Assembly (NCBI GenBank): GCA_963848965.1
Contig: CAWKFG010000004.1
Coordinates: 576,001-640,000, forward strand
Source of the DNA: an uncultured bacterium
GTDB taxonomy: Bacteria > Babelota > Babeliae > Babelales > Babelaceae
DNA: 64,000 bases
Reading direction: 5' to 3'
Part shown: piece by piece, positions 1-10,094 of the stretch
Layout of the letters: every line of letters begins with the position of its first letter
Position numbering within the stretch: position 1 is the first letter of the stretch
Translations under genes and position numbers: made by a program
Notes under the pieces: model-generated
Told to the model about the DNA's origin: nothing
Database searches by the model: none
What the model saw: the letters and a program-made list of their open reading frames with translations, nothing else

Positions 1-780
1 CTGATCTTCTAGCCATTTATCTAATGCTTTGTTAAAGTTTGCATACTCGCTTTTTGGAAAGGCCTTTTTTAATGCATCAGCAAGACCCACTGCTGGATAA
101 TCTGGAAAATAAGGTTTAAGTAAATTAATTATTCCCTCTACATATGCCATACTAACCGGCTTCTTGATAGTAAACTTAACAAAAAGCTCAAGAGCTGATT
201 GTACAAAGCCAAAATCTTTTGCTACAGTATACCCTCTTGCTGGTCCTCCTAGTAAATAAGCTTCAAGATATTGAGGTATCCCTCCAAGAGCAATTTCTTC
301 ATCCGGAGTTAATCCTTTTTGACCAGCGCCTTCTTCTACCCATTTAGTAAACATTTTTGTAAAGTAGGGATATTGTTTAAATTTTTCTGCCATCTCAGTA
401 GTTATATAGGTACGTTCAAGACTTGGATACACTTCTTTAAACGCACTTACTATTGCATCAAACACAGAAGGCGTTGCAAGTGCCTCTTGAGCAATAATAG
501 GTTCTAAAAGATTAAGAAGAGCATCTAACTCAATGAGCACACTTTTAGTTCGCATCTCTCTAGGAGCCAATCCTTTTTCATACTGCTGAAGGATATCCGA
601 TAAATGGAATCTGATTGTTTCTGCTCTAAGTTCTAGAGGTAATCTTAAAAGAAAAGAAGGATCAAGCTCTTTAGGCTTTATAATACCAAGCTTTTCAAGA
701 CCCTTTTTAACTTTCCTCATACCAAAGAGTGAAAAGGGAGCGCTCCCTATAAAAATGAAGAGTAAAATTCTTTTATTCAT
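1..780 (-). CDS. Secreted hypothetical protein with N-terminal F-box-like motif (3' end runs off window)
   Basis: Not in ORF track; own translation from ATG at 780 (AGGAG upstream): MNKRILLFIFIGSAPFSLFG|MRKVKK...FLLRLPLELRAETIRFHL; appears to run to the window edge. Confidence 0.7.
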   Translation of the reverse strand, partial: MNKRILLFIFIGSAPFSLFGMRKVKKGLEKLGIIKPKELDPSFLLRLPLELRAETIRFHLSDILQQYEKGLAPREMRTKSVLIELDALLNLLEPIIAQEALATPSVFDAIVSAFKEVYPSLERTYITTEMAEKFKQYPYFTKMFTKWVEEGAGQKGLTPDEEIALGGIPQYLEAYLLGGPARGYTVAKDFGFVQSALELFVKFTIKKPVSMAYVEGIINLLKPYFPDYPAVGLADALKKAFPKSEYANFNKALDKWLEDQ

Positions 781-940
781 ACAATCTCCTTTAATGTAAC
801 TATTTATCCAATTAAAATAAGAATACTATAAAAGCAGTTATTATTTCAAGATTGTAAAATAATATACAATTATATGAAAATTACAGGTAAATTTACTCTG
901 GTAAATATTTTTTTAGATAATATCGTATAAGGAGCTATAT

Positions 941-980
941 CACTGAATAACTCCTGGCTAAAGCCAGTGGCTTTCTTGAT
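941..980 (-). mobile_element. IS200/IS605 right-end-like hairpin relic
   Basis: Minus strand reads CAAGAAAGCCACTGGCTTTAGCCAGGAGTTATTCAG, resembling the tnpB element right end at 62892-62925 (GAAGCC-hairpin-GTAGTTCAC). Confidence 0.45.
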
Positions 981-1020
981 CTTTAAGTAAAACATTTCTA
1001 GCAGTGATGTTTCTACGTAG

Positions 1021-1047
1021 AAAGGGCTCCCTTAAGGAGCCCTTTTT
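1021..1047. terminator. Intrinsic terminator-like hairpin after ftsZ
   Basis: AAAGGGCTCC-cttaa-GGAGCCCTTT with T/A runs. Confidence 0.75.
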
Positions 1048-2204
1048 TATCGTTGTTTTTCTTGCATCATTCTGCGCATAATGGCAGGAATATCAAGATT
1101 ATTAAGATCTATTGTTGAATTTTCTTGTGCTGGAACTATATTGATAGGATCTGGAGCTTTGGTAGCAACAGAAACTGTGTGTCGCTCTGCAACACGAGCT
1201 GCTATTTCAACAGCAGGTTCAGAGTTTGTTTGAGGAAATCCTGTTGCAATCACTGTTACCGTTACTTCATCACGTAATGATTCATCAATAACAGAGCCTA
1301 AAATAATAGTAGCATCTTCGTGCACCTGCTCATAAACAACAGATGCTGCTTCACTCATTTCATGAAGTCCTAAATCTGAACTACCACTAATATTAAGAAC
1401 AACACCTTGAGCTCCTGTTACACTCATTTTATCAAGAAGCGGAGAAGAAATAGCCTGCATAGCGGCTTCTCTAGCTCTATCTTCACCTGAGGCTCTTCCA
1501 GTTCCAATAATTGCAAACCCTTTGCGTTTCATAACTGTTTTGAGATCTGCAAAGTCAACGTTAATATGCCCTGGCTTGGATATGATGTCTGCTATTGCTC
1601 GAATAAACTGATTAAGAACATTATTTATCTCTTTAAATGCTTCTAAAAGAGTCACTTTACGCTTCGCTTTATCCTCTTTATCTAAAAGCCTTTGATTTGG
1701 TATAACAATAAGCGTATCAACCTCTTTAACCAGTTCATCAAGCGCTTTTTGAGCTACCTTCATACGCCGCATACCTTCAATCATAAACGGCTTGGTAACA
1801 ACAGCCACTGTAAGAATATCTTTTTCTTTCAAAGCTCGTGCGATAACAGGTAATGCTCCAGAACCAGTTCCTCCACCAAGGCCGCCAACTAAAAAGACAA
1901 CATCCGCATCTTTTAAAACGCGTACAAGAGTACTTAGATCTTCTTCTGCAGCCATACGGCCAACATCAGGATTAGCACCTGCACCTAAACCTCTGGTGGA
2001 TTTAATGCCCAACTGTATCTTATGCGGAGCATTTGATAATTTTAATGCCTGCGCATCAGTGTTAGCAACCATAAACTCTACATTTTCATAGCCAGCATCA
2101 ATCATGCTATTGACCATATTGCTACCGCCGCCCCCTACACCAAGTACCTTAATACGAGCAATAGGCATGCTTTGGCTCATGATTTCAGATTCAAAATCTA
2201 TCAT
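1047..2204 (-). CDS. ftsZ: Cell division protein FtsZ
   Basis: GVGGGG, GAGANP, GGGTGSG tubulin signature, INVDFAD, C-terminal LDIPAIMRR. Confidence 0.98.
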   Translation of the reverse strand: MIDFESEIMSQSMPIARIKVLGVGGGGSNMVNSMIDAGYENVEFMVANTDAQALKLSNAPHKIQLGIKSTRGLGAGANPDVGRMAAEEDLSTLVRVLKDADVVFLVGGLGGGTGSGALPVIARALKEKDILTVAVVTKPFMIEGMRRMKVAQKALDELVKEVDTLIVIPNQRLLDKEDKAKRKVTLLEAFKEINNVLNQFIRAIADIISKPGHINVDFADLKTVMKRKGFAIIGTGRASGEDRAREAAMQAISSPLLDKMSVTGAQGVVLNISGSSDLGLHEMSEAASVVYEQVHEDATIILGSVIDESLRDEVTVTVIATGFPQTNSEPAVEIAARVAERHTVSVATKAPDPINIVPAQENSTIDLNNLDIPAIMRRMMQEKQR

Positions 2205-2250
2205 TCTACTACTCCTTTCCAGACAAAGCTTGCTATGCCTGTTTTTTACA

Positions 2251-3489
2251 TTAGAAGAAATCTGACACCCATGACTTCATACGCCACAGGATACGGCTAA
2301 TAAGCGGTCCCGTCAACTGTTCCATTGAAACTCCCTTACTTGTTTTCATCAGATGCAAAAGCAATCCGTATGAAGTAGCATATAAAGGACTTTCAAGCGA
2401 CTCTTTAAACATGTGCGGTACATGGGGGATACCTATGCGTGCCGGAGCACCAAGCATAAGTTCTGACACTTCCTTCATTCCTTTTAAAAGTGCTCCACCA
2501 CCTGTAAGCACAATACCAGCTGGCATAAGATGCTCAAGGCCTTGTTGAGTTATTTCCTTTTGTACCATTACTAAAAGCTCATTTATTCGTGGCTCTATAA
2601 TATAAAATAACTCATGTGCGGTAACACGTTTATTTTCGCCGCCATGAACCATCTCTACTTCGAAACTGTCTTTAAAGTCAAGAGTCAAGTTATTTGTTGT
2701 ACCAAATTCTTGCTTTATACGCTCAGCATCCTTCAAAGTAGTACGCAAGCATAAGGCAATATCGTGAGTAACGTGATTTCCAGCAATAGGAAATATTTTT
2801 GTATACCGAATAGTACCTTGTTGATAAATAGCAAAATCTGAAGTACCACCTCCAATGTCTAAAAGAGCTACTCCTAATTCCCTTTCATCTCTACTAAGCA
2901 CCGATTCGGCAGAAGCAAGCGGCTCTAATACTACATCGATAACCCCTATCCCTGCCATTTGGCAGCACCGTATAATATTTTGTACAGAGGCAATAGAACC
3001 AGTAATAATATGCACTTGTGCTTCTAATCGAACACCAAACATTCCTACAGGGTCCATCACCTTCTGCTGACTATCAATCATAAAATATTGTGGTAACACA
3101 TGTAGGATTTGCTGCCCTTCTGCAATTACTACTGCTTTTGCAGCAGAAAGAACACACGCAACATCATATGCTCGAATTCTACCATGCTTGATAGGGATCA
3201 TACCATGAGAGTTAATAGACTGAATATGTGCTCCAGAGATACCAACGACAGCAGATTCAACCTTACAACCAGCCATCATCTCTGCCTCTTTAAGAGCAAG
3301 CTTAATAGCATGTACTGCCTGAGCAATATCAACCACTACCCCACGCGCAATTCCATAGGAAGGAGCCTTACCTATCCCTAAAATAGTAAGACTATTGTCG
3401 CCCACCTTTTGCGCTATAAGAACGCAGATTTTTGTTGTCCCTATATCAACAGCTACCAGTAGATTATCAGACACTATTTGACTTTTCAT
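2251..3489 (-). CDS. ftsA: Cell division protein FtsA
   Basis: DIGTTKI, DIGGGTSD, VLTGGGALL actin-fold motifs; directly upstream of ftsZ. Confidence 0.97.
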   Translation of the reverse strand: MKSQIVSDNLLVAVDIGTTKICVLIAQKVGDNSLTILGIGKAPSYGIARGVVVDIAQAVHAIKLALKEAEMMAGCKVESAVVGISGAHIQSINSHGMIPIKHGRIRAYDVACVLSAAKAVVIAEGQQILHVLPQYFMIDSQQKVMDPVGMFGVRLEAQVHIITGSIASVQNIIRCCQMAGIGVIDVVLEPLASAESVLSRDERELGVALLDIGGGTSDFAIYQQGTIRYTKIFPIAGNHVTHDIALCLRTTLKDAERIKQEFGTTNNLTLDFKDSFEVEMVHGGENKRVTAHELFYIIEPRINELLVMVQKEITQQGLEHLMPAGIVLTGGGALLKGMKEVSELMLGAPARIGIPHVPHMFKESLESPLYATSYGLLLHLMKTSKGVSMEQLTGPLISRILWRMKSWVSDFF

Positions 3490-4222
3490 AGTTTAACTCC
3501 CCCCCGAGCGGCCCACAAACTACTGAGCCTTTTAAACGAACGTCAACCCTTATCCCCTTTTTATAAAAATCTTTCCTTTCTTCATAAATACGCTGCGCAT
3601 AAGCAAGCTTTTCTTTTGCATGTATACTTAGAGTATCAGCAACAATCACAAAACTTTTATCTCTTTGTGAACGCAATAAGATCTCATCCTTTGAATTCCA
3701 CGTTATACTAAAATGTTCAAACAATTCTGGTGATAATGCTAACAAAGATGTATATGATGATGGCACCTTAAGATGATGAAGGTATTCTGGCGTTTGCACA
3801 TGCAGAGTAAGAATGCCTTCTACCATATCACTATTAAAGTACTTCTTTTGTACTAATGACCCTACGTGTGTAAGAATATACGGCGTACTTTTAAAAACAG
3901 GCTCAAGTTGTATTCGCGGCTCATACGCTTTTACTTGTACACAAGCTACTTGAGATCCCCTATAAGAGATAGATACACTTGATATGCATGGACATTCTTT
4001 TTTTAACTCTGTATAAATACCGTGCGCTCCTAAAGAACGAACTGGTACTTTGCTTACCTTCTCTTTAATCCACTGTTGTACTTTATAGCTTAATCTGTTA
4101 TCACAAGTAACAAGCACAGAGTGCGGAATAACTAAAGAGTAGAGCTGCCAGCAAACTGCTCCGCTCAACCCCATAAGAAAAAAACGATGAATGTTTTTTA
4201 AGATCCCCTGTATGATCTTCAT
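3467..4222 (-). CDS. Divergent FtsQ/DivIB-like protein
   Basis: Single N-terminal TM helix, C-terminal VDVR (cf. IDLR), overlaps the ftsA start in the canonical ftsQAZ position. Confidence 0.55.
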   Translation of the reverse strand: MKIIQGILKNIHRFFLMGLSGAVCWQLYSLVIPHSVLVTCDNRLSYKVQQWIKEKVSKVPVRSLGAHGIYTELKKECPCISSVSISYRGSQVACVQVKAYEPRIQLEPVFKSTPYILTHVGSLVQKKYFNSDMVEGILTLHVQTPEYLHHLKVPSSYTSLLALSPELFEHFSITWNSKDEILLRSQRDKSFVIVADTLSIHAKEKLAYAQRIYEERKDFYKKGIRVDVRLKGSVVCGPLGGELNYEKSNSV

Positions 4223-4286
4223 TACTTTCCCCCTATTTTACTATCCTTATAGCGCATTAGAGGTTGCTAAGTCAACAATTAGCCAT

Positions 4287-4302
4287 AAAAAAAGACCAAC
4301 CC
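4287..4302 (+). repeat. 16-bp direct repeat copy 1 (AAAAAAAGACCAACCC)
   Basis: Identical to 10096-10111. Confidence 0.65.
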
Positions 4303-4311
4303 CTTATGCTC

Positions 4312-4340
4312 TTGACAGCAGTACCGCATTTTGATACTAT
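4312..4340 (+). promoter_or_regulatory. sigma70 promoter of hicAB with imperfect palindromic operator
   Basis: TTGACA(4312-4317)-17 bp-TACTAT(4335-4340); AGTACC...GATACT inverted repeat across the spacer. Confidence 0.65.
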
Positions 4341-4371
4341 TATACTAAAGCCCTTAAGAGGTTAAAAGTTT

Positions 4372-4635
4372 ATGAATAATAAACATAAGAGTATATTAGA
4401 AGCGATATTCAAACTACCAACTCAAGCAAATATAAAATGGAAAGATATTGAAGCATTATTTATACATTTAGGTGCTCGAGTAGTAGAAGGTAGAGGATCA
4501 AGAGTAAGAATAATACTTAATGGTATTCCTGCTAACTTTCATAGACCTCACCCTCGCCGAGAAGCAACTAAGGGAGCAGTAGAAGCTGCACGAAGATTTT
4601 TAAAAGATACAGGAGCTTACAATGATAAAATATAA
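4372..4635 (+). CDS. hicA: HicA family toxin
   Basis: 87 aa, IKWKDIEAL, GRGSRV, FHRPHP. Confidence 0.9.
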   Translation: MNNKHKSILEAIFKLPTQANIKWKDIEALFIHLGARVVEGRGSRVRIILNGIPANFHRPHPRREATKGAVEAARRFLKDTGAYNDKI

Positions 4636-4954
4636 AGGTTATGTAGGAAAAATAACATACGATAGCACTTTAAAGGTATTTCATGGAGATGTTATAGGTT
4701 TAAACCATGTGATTACTTTTGAAGGAACAACTCCGAAAGAAATAGAACAAAGCTTTCAAGATGCTATTGACGATTATCTTGAAATGTGCCAAGAAGAAGG
4801 TATACAACCAGAAAGGACTTTTTCTGGCAAGTTTATGCTAAGGCTTTCTCCTGATCTTCACGCAAAACTTGTTCATGAAGCAACGCTTCACAATAAAAGT
4901 CTTAATGAATATGTTGCTGATACTTTAAGCTCTCTACATAAATCATCTAAGTAA
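4622..4954 (+). CDS. hicB: HicB family antitoxin
   Basis: YKGYVG, FQDAIDDYL, FSGKFMLRLSPDLH ribbon-helix-helix; overlaps hicA. Confidence 0.92.
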   Translation: MIKYKGYVGKITYDSTLKVFHGDVIGLNHVITFEGTTPKEIEQSFQDAIDDYLEMCQEEGIQPERTFSGKFMLRLSPDLHAKLVHEATLHNKSLNEYVADTLSSLHKSSK

Positions 4955-5038
4955 GACCTACAAATTCAATATGACTTGAATTACTTAATCTTACGAAGAT
5001 GCCACTATAGTAAGCTTGACTACCCACAAGATTTTAAT

Positions 5039-5140
5039 TGTTGTTAGGCATGCAAAAAGAGAAGAGCGGATCCGACCTTAGATTACAAATGTTCAAGAGA
5101 ATGTCAAAAGAAACATTGGATCAATCATAAAGCATTTTGC
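5039..5140 (+). pseudogene. MYND-type zinc finger remnant
   Basis: One frame reads CC*ACKKRRADPTLDYKCSRECQKKHWINHKAFC; TAG at 5045-5047; no start found. Confidence 0.65.
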
Positions 5141-5218
5141 AAAGTAAAGCTACACTTGATACTCAAGCTACTACTTAACCTTTATATTGAAAACTCAACA
5201 GCTTTGAAGTTTCTCTCG

Positions 5219-8200
5219 TTATAAACCCGAAAGTTCTTCACTTGCAATTGGTCTTGCTGTTATTGGTGATGAAGCATTTAGTAACTGTTCAATTCGGTTA
5301 TACAATTCCTTTTGTTCTTTATCTTGAGAGCGTGCGCTCAATAGCCTTGCTCTATGCACTGGATCTTGCTTAAGGAATGCATTTTTTCTTCGCAGAGTAA
5401 AGAATAAAGCTAAATATCGAACAACTGGTACATGCCCTTGAGAGACTGCAAAAAGCAGAGCTTCTTGTAATACAGAAAGTTCTACTTGTTTTTCCAATAG
5501 CAGCCTCTTTACTTCATTTACATCTCCTTTTATTGCTGCAAGCTGCAACGGATTATCTAGTATAGTGCCAAGAGTCTCGATAAGTATTGGATCGGTATTG
5601 TCTACTAAAGCACCGTAATTTAAGAGCAATCGTACAATAGCTGTATGACCCTTTTTTACAGCGCTTTGCAAACTTTGTTCTAAACCATTAATACTATTGA
5701 TATCTGCAAGAGTCAAGAGAGCATGAACAACATCTGTATAGCCAAACGTTGCTGCAATGTGCATAGAGGTCTTTCCTTGCTGATTTTTAGCATTAAGAGA
5801 GGCTCCTTGCTTTAATGCTTGTCTAACTTGTTCAACGTCACCCATTGCTACGGCAGTAAGCAACTGCGCATCAAACATTGCTGCATCAAGCTGTGCTGGT
5901 ACTCCCCTACATAGTGGACATCTACTACCAGATTTTATCACAGTACTTACACAGTGTGGATGAAATACATGACCACACGGTAAAGCCATTAACTTTTCAC
6001 CCTGTTGGTATTCTTCAAGACAAATCGTACAGTTTTTTGCATCTTTGTTATCTTGGTTATTGCTCTTTGATACAGCAGGTGAACTGGCAAAATTTTCCGC
6101 CTTTTCTTGTGAGCTTCTTGGTTCTGCCTGAAAAGCTTTATGTGTGCGGATGCTCTTAGTATGTTCCCGCAGTACATGCTCTATGTATTTATACCGATCT
6201 TCCTCACCGCCATACGCCTGTGCGCGCTCTAATAATACTATGACATGACGCAAAGCAGTTACTTCAAGAAAATTACTTGCCCCTTGGTTTATAATAAGGG
6301 GTATCAAGTATTCAACAATATGACCATGTCCCTGTCCAATAGCAAGCATTAATGCCTCTTGTAAAACAAGATAGGAAGTTTGCGCTGTTGCCATTGCTTT
6401 TACCGTAGTATAATTGCCTAGCACTGAGGCCAAAAGTAATTCTTGCTTACCAAGTATTTCTTGTATTATTTCTATAACCAGAGAGTCAAAAACGTTTAAT
6501 TGTGCACCATGTTGCAATAACATTCGTATACTATCTAATCGCTTTTTTTCTAAAGCACGATGTAAAGGTGCTTGTCCCCATTGGTCTTGCAGATTAATTT
6601 TAATAAGCGGCTGTGCTAAAAGAACTTGCACAACGGGGTTATGCCCATGCCAAACAGCTATATGTAACGGGGTTGCACCATGATTATTGTGAGCGTTAAC
6701 ATCACTATGAGGAACTGCTAACAATGCTTGAACAATAGCTTTATGTCCCCAAGATGCAGCAAGCCAGAGTGCGGTTTCTCTATTACTATTTTGTGCTTGA
6801 ATATCTGCTCCATCAGCTAACGCCCGTTGCACTTCACGGACATCCCCTTGTTGAGCAGCTTGTAGAAGCCTTAAATTAGCTGATTCTTGAGAAGTTGAGA
6901 TCAGTGGCACTTGAGACTGTGATTTATTTTGAAAATTCTCTCTATCAGACTGCACGCTCTTAGTTGGCAATAAGTCTGTTTTTGTAATAGCTGTAAGCGT
7001 ACTCGATCCTACTGCAGGGCTTTCTTGGATCGATTGCTTTTCAATACTTGAAGAAACAGAAGGCATATCCCTTTCTAGAAGGCTCGCCTTTATTTGTGGC
7101 TCTTCGTGAATTTTTTGTATAAGAGGAACTAGGTCTATCAATAACTGTTCTATATGTTTATATTGTTCCTGCCTTTTTAATTTTCCTATATCTTGATAGA
7201 GCTTATCTTGATTGTGCTTTTCTTGTTTCAACAATTCTAACTTAGACTGAATTAATTTTAAGCGCGGATCTTTCTTTTTTTCTGACGACTCTTTAAAGAG
7301 GCCTTCCCCATCTCCACCGAACAGTTCCCCTTTACCCAAGGCATTCATCCTTTCAATTGTCTCCATCTCACTTTTTAATTTTTTTATACCCATTTCTAAT
7401 TTTTCAATACTATTTTTTAGTTTTTCTTGATAGCGTTGCTCTTCTGCTTTAGTCATAGTATATGTTGAAAGTAATTGTACATGGAACAACGCCTCTTGAT
7501 GAATAAAATCCTTTGCCTCTCGTTTTACCAGAAGAGGAACAAGGTATTCTATAACAGGAATATGTCTTTGCCCTATTGCATAAAGAAGCGCTTTTTGAAG
7601 GAGCCCACTATGTGTTTGTTCTGTAGCTAAAGCTTTTACTTGATCAACAGAACCAAGCACTGAGGCTAAGAAGAGTGGATGGGTACTAAAGAGCTTTTTC
7701 AAAGCTGGTATAACATTGTTATGGTCAGCAGGGCTGAGCAACGCTCCATGGCGTAATAGAAGTTGTACAAAACTCCATTTTTCCATTTTGACAGCCAAAG
7801 ACAAAGAGTCTGTTCCAATGCACATACCAGGAGTAGCAAGCAGAGCCTTAACAATTCTTTCATAACCTTTATTAACAGCCACATCTACTAGCGCTGTTTG
7901 CGTACTCGTACTATCAATATCCGGAATGGCAAGAAATGCCTTAACAATTCCTTCATAACCTTGCGCTGTAGCTAAAAACAATGCTGTAGATTTTTCTTTA
8001 TTTAGAGCATTAACATTAATACCGGGAGCAGCAAGGAGAGCTTTTACAATAGTTTCATGTCCATTTTGAGCAGCTAAATGTAATGGTGTATAGCCCTCTT
8101 TACTTTGAGCATTAATATCAATAGTAGGAGCTGCAAGGTCATCTAATGAATTAACAGCCCTATCATGAATAGCAAGAATACTTCTCACAACTTTCTCATA

Positions 8201-9445
8201 ACCATATTGAGCTGCATAGCGTAATATTTCCTCTACTCTGCTATCTTGAAAATTACTAAGAAAGAGCGATTCTGGCTTTGCGTTATCCAGTTTATTACTA
8301 TTGATTTCAGCGTATTCTAAAAACATTTTTATCGTATTTATATCACCACTTTGTACCGCAAATTGCCAAGGAGTCCATCCATGCTTATCTTTACCATTAA
8401 CCTTAATAGAGGGAACAGCAAGAAGTGCTTTCACTATACCTTCATATTTTATACCGGCCAATCCTGAACCCCTTGCCGCCAGGTGCAAAAGGCTCTGTCC
8501 ATCATTATTTTCAGCATTAACCTCGATTGCTGGTACTGCAAGAAGTACTTTCATTATACTTTCATAATTATGGCTATAGACTGAACTGCTTACTACCTGA
8601 TGCAAAGGAGTATTTCCATAGTTATTTTTAGTATTAACCTTGATCGTAGGAACAGCTAAAAGTGCTTTCATTACATCTTCTCGCTTTAGCGATACTGCAT
8701 TATGCAAGGGTGTACTCCCATAGCAATCTTGAACATTAACTTCAATAGAAGGTATTTCAAGAAGAGCTCTCACTATTCCTTCATCTCTACGTGATGCATT
8801 ATGCAAAGGAGTACTACCACCCTTATCTTGAAGATTAACGTTGATAGTTGGCACTGCAAGAAGCGCCCTCGCTATGCCTTCATCTTCGCTCGCTGCATAA
8901 TGCAGGGGAGTACTACCACGCTTATCTTGAAGATTAACGTTGATAGTTGGCACTGCAAGAAGAGCTCTCACTATACCTTCATCACCCTTTAATACTGCAT
9001 CATGCAAAGGAGTCCTTCCTTCTATATCTTGAACATTAACATCGATAGTGGGAGCAGCAAGAAGAGCTTTCACTAAACTCGCCGCTTTATTAGAGTAACA
9101 TGCTATATGTAGAGGAGTCCGCCCCCTATCCTCAACATTAACATCTGCACCAGATTTAATTAAATCTTGGATAATAGAGAGGTCACCATCATCTTGTACT
9201 TCATACATAAGCAACTCGCCAAGTTTCTGAGCGCTCAGTTGCTTCGACTCAATCTTATCTTTAATACTTTTTTTACGCGTCTCCTCATATTTTTTTAGCT
9301 CCTCTTCGCTCGGCCCTTTCTCAGACGGCCTGTAAGACATAGCCCTCCACGGTACTTGATGAGCAGAACGCACTTTCTCTCTAAACATGCCATTAATAAA
9401 GGCGCTTGACACAAATAAAGTAAAAAGTAGCAATTTTCTAAGCAT
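5219..9445 (-). CDS. Secreted multi-ankyrin protein with coiled coil and internal RING-H2 finger
   Basis: Signal peptide, many TPLH repeats, CTICLEEY...PCGHVFHPHC...CPLC at about 5906-6031. Confidence 0.9.
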   Translation of the reverse strand: MLRKLLLFTLFVSSAFINGMFREKVRSAHQVPWRAMSYRPSEKGPSEEELKKYEETRKKSIKDKIESKQLSAQKLGELLMYEVQDDGDLSIIQDLIKSGADVNVEDRGRTPLHIACYSNKAASLVKALLAAPTIDVNVQDIEGRTPLHDAVLKGDEGIVRALLAVPTINVNLQDKRGSTPLHYAASEDEGIARALLAVPTINVNLQDKGGSTPLHNASRRDEGIVRALLEIPSIEVNVQDCYGSTPLHNAVSLKREDVMKALLAVPTIKVNTKNNYGNTPLHQVVSSSVYSHNYESIMKVLLAVPAIEVNAENNDGQSLLHLAARGSGLAGIKYEGIVKALLAVPSIKVNGKDKHGWTPWQFAVQSGDINTIKMFLEYAEINSNKLDNAKPESLFLSNFQDSRVEEILRYAAQYGYEKVVRSILAIHDRAVNSLDDLAAPTIDINAQSKEGYTPLHLAAQNGHETIVKALLAAPGINVNALNKEKSTALFLATAQGYEGIVKAFLAIPDIDSTSTQTALVDVAVNKGYERIVKALLATPGMCIGTDSLSLAVKMEKWSFVQLLLRHGALLSPADHNNVIPALKKLFSTHPLFLASVLGSVDQVKALATEQTHSGLLQKALLYAIGQRHIPVIEYLVPLLVKREAKDFIHQEALFHVQLLSTYTMTKAEEQRYQEKLKNSIEKLEMGIKKLKSEMETIERMNALGKGELFGGDGEGLFKESSEKKKDPRLKLIQSKLELLKQEKHNQDKLYQDIGKLKRQEQYKHIEQLLIDLVPLIQKIHEEPQIKASLLERDMPSVSSSIEKQSIQESPAVGSSTLTAITKTDLLPTKSVQSDRENFQNKSQSQVPLISTSQESANLRLLQAAQQGDVREVQRALADGADIQAQNSNRETALWLAASWGHKAIVQALLAVPHSDVNAHNNHGATPLHIAVWHGHNPVVQVLLAQPLIKINLQDQWGQAPLHRALEKKRLDSIRMLLQHGAQLNVFDSLVIEIIQEILGKQELLLASVLGNYTTVKAMATAQTSYLVLQEALMLAIGQGHGHIVEYLIPLIINQGASNFLEVTALRHVIVLLERAQAYGGEEDRYKYIEHVLREHTKSIRTHKAFQAEPRSSQEKAENFASSPAVSKSNNQDNKDAKNCTICLEEYQQGEKLMALPCGHVFHPHCVSTVIKSGSRCPLCRGVPAQLDAAMFDAQLLTAVAMGDVEQVRQALKQGASLNAKNQQGKTSMHIAATFGYTDVVHALLTLADINSINGLEQSLQSAVKKGHTAIVRLLLNYGALVDNTDPILIETLGTILDNPLQLAAIKGDVNEVKRLLLEKQVELSVLQEALLFAVSQGHVPVVRYLALFFTLRRKNAFLKQDPVHRARLLSARSQDKEQKELYNRIEQLLNASSPITARPIASEELSGL
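8746..9070 (-). repeat. About 99-bp tandem ankyrin-coding repeats, recently duplicated
   Basis: Near-identical units, e.g. GTACTACCAC.CTTATCTTGAAGATTAACGTTGATAGTTGGCACTGCAAGAAG at about 8811 and 8910. Confidence 0.8.
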
Positions 9446-9521
9446 TATGATTTCCTTCTTTCTTTTTGCAAAGAGCCTACTGAATGTTATCGCACATAGA
9501 TAACCTTCAAATTACCTACAT

Positions 9522-9650
9522 CTAATACAGGTCGATATCTGACCATGGGCTATTAGTACCTCTTGCGCGAGATCCAAAAAGATAGATCTTAGCATCTGAT
9601 ATAAGTGCTATAATTTTTGCTTTGCTTTTTTCCTCTACAGGAAACCGCAT
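9522..9650 (-). pseudogene. Truncated minimal nucleotidyltransferase (MNT antitoxin-like)
   Basis: MRFPVEEKSKAKIIALISDAKIYLFGSRARGTNSPWSDIDLY*; GS...DxD motif, stops at 42 aa. Confidence 0.7.
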
Positions 9651-10094
9651 ACTACTCTCGTCTAATTTATCTTATGCTTGTTTAATAATGCATGATCATT
9701 CTTATACTTGTCATCAGCTTAGCATATTCATCAGTAACCTGCAAAAATCTAACCGCAAGAAATAAGGACCAGCAAACAGTGTGGTGTCAATCTCAAGTAA
9801 TTTCTTCTGCTTTTTGGATATCAACTGAAGGCATAATTACTCTTTCCTTAAAGGGGGTGGAGTGGTCGTATTTCGCTATGATAACGAGCTACTCCACAAC
9901 CTACTTGCTTGAAATACACGGCGCTGACGTGTATTGTTATAATTTTTTTCAATTATTTATTCCAATATCTAGCCAAAGCAGTATTATGTTGCTCTCCTGA
10001 AGATCGGAGCGAATAGCATCAAAGAATGTTAATACTCATGAAAGAAAACAAATAAAAACAGGCTCTTTTTTCCCATTTCTTCACGCCTTTATTC

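Noticed and set aside
8746..9070. Regularly spaced repeats suggestive of a CRISPR array
   Set aside because: In-frame ~99-bp ankyrin-coding units, no unique spacers, no cas genes
9692..10084. 102-aa plus-strand ORF and broken minus-strand frames
   Set aside because: No recognisable motif; probably decayed DNA
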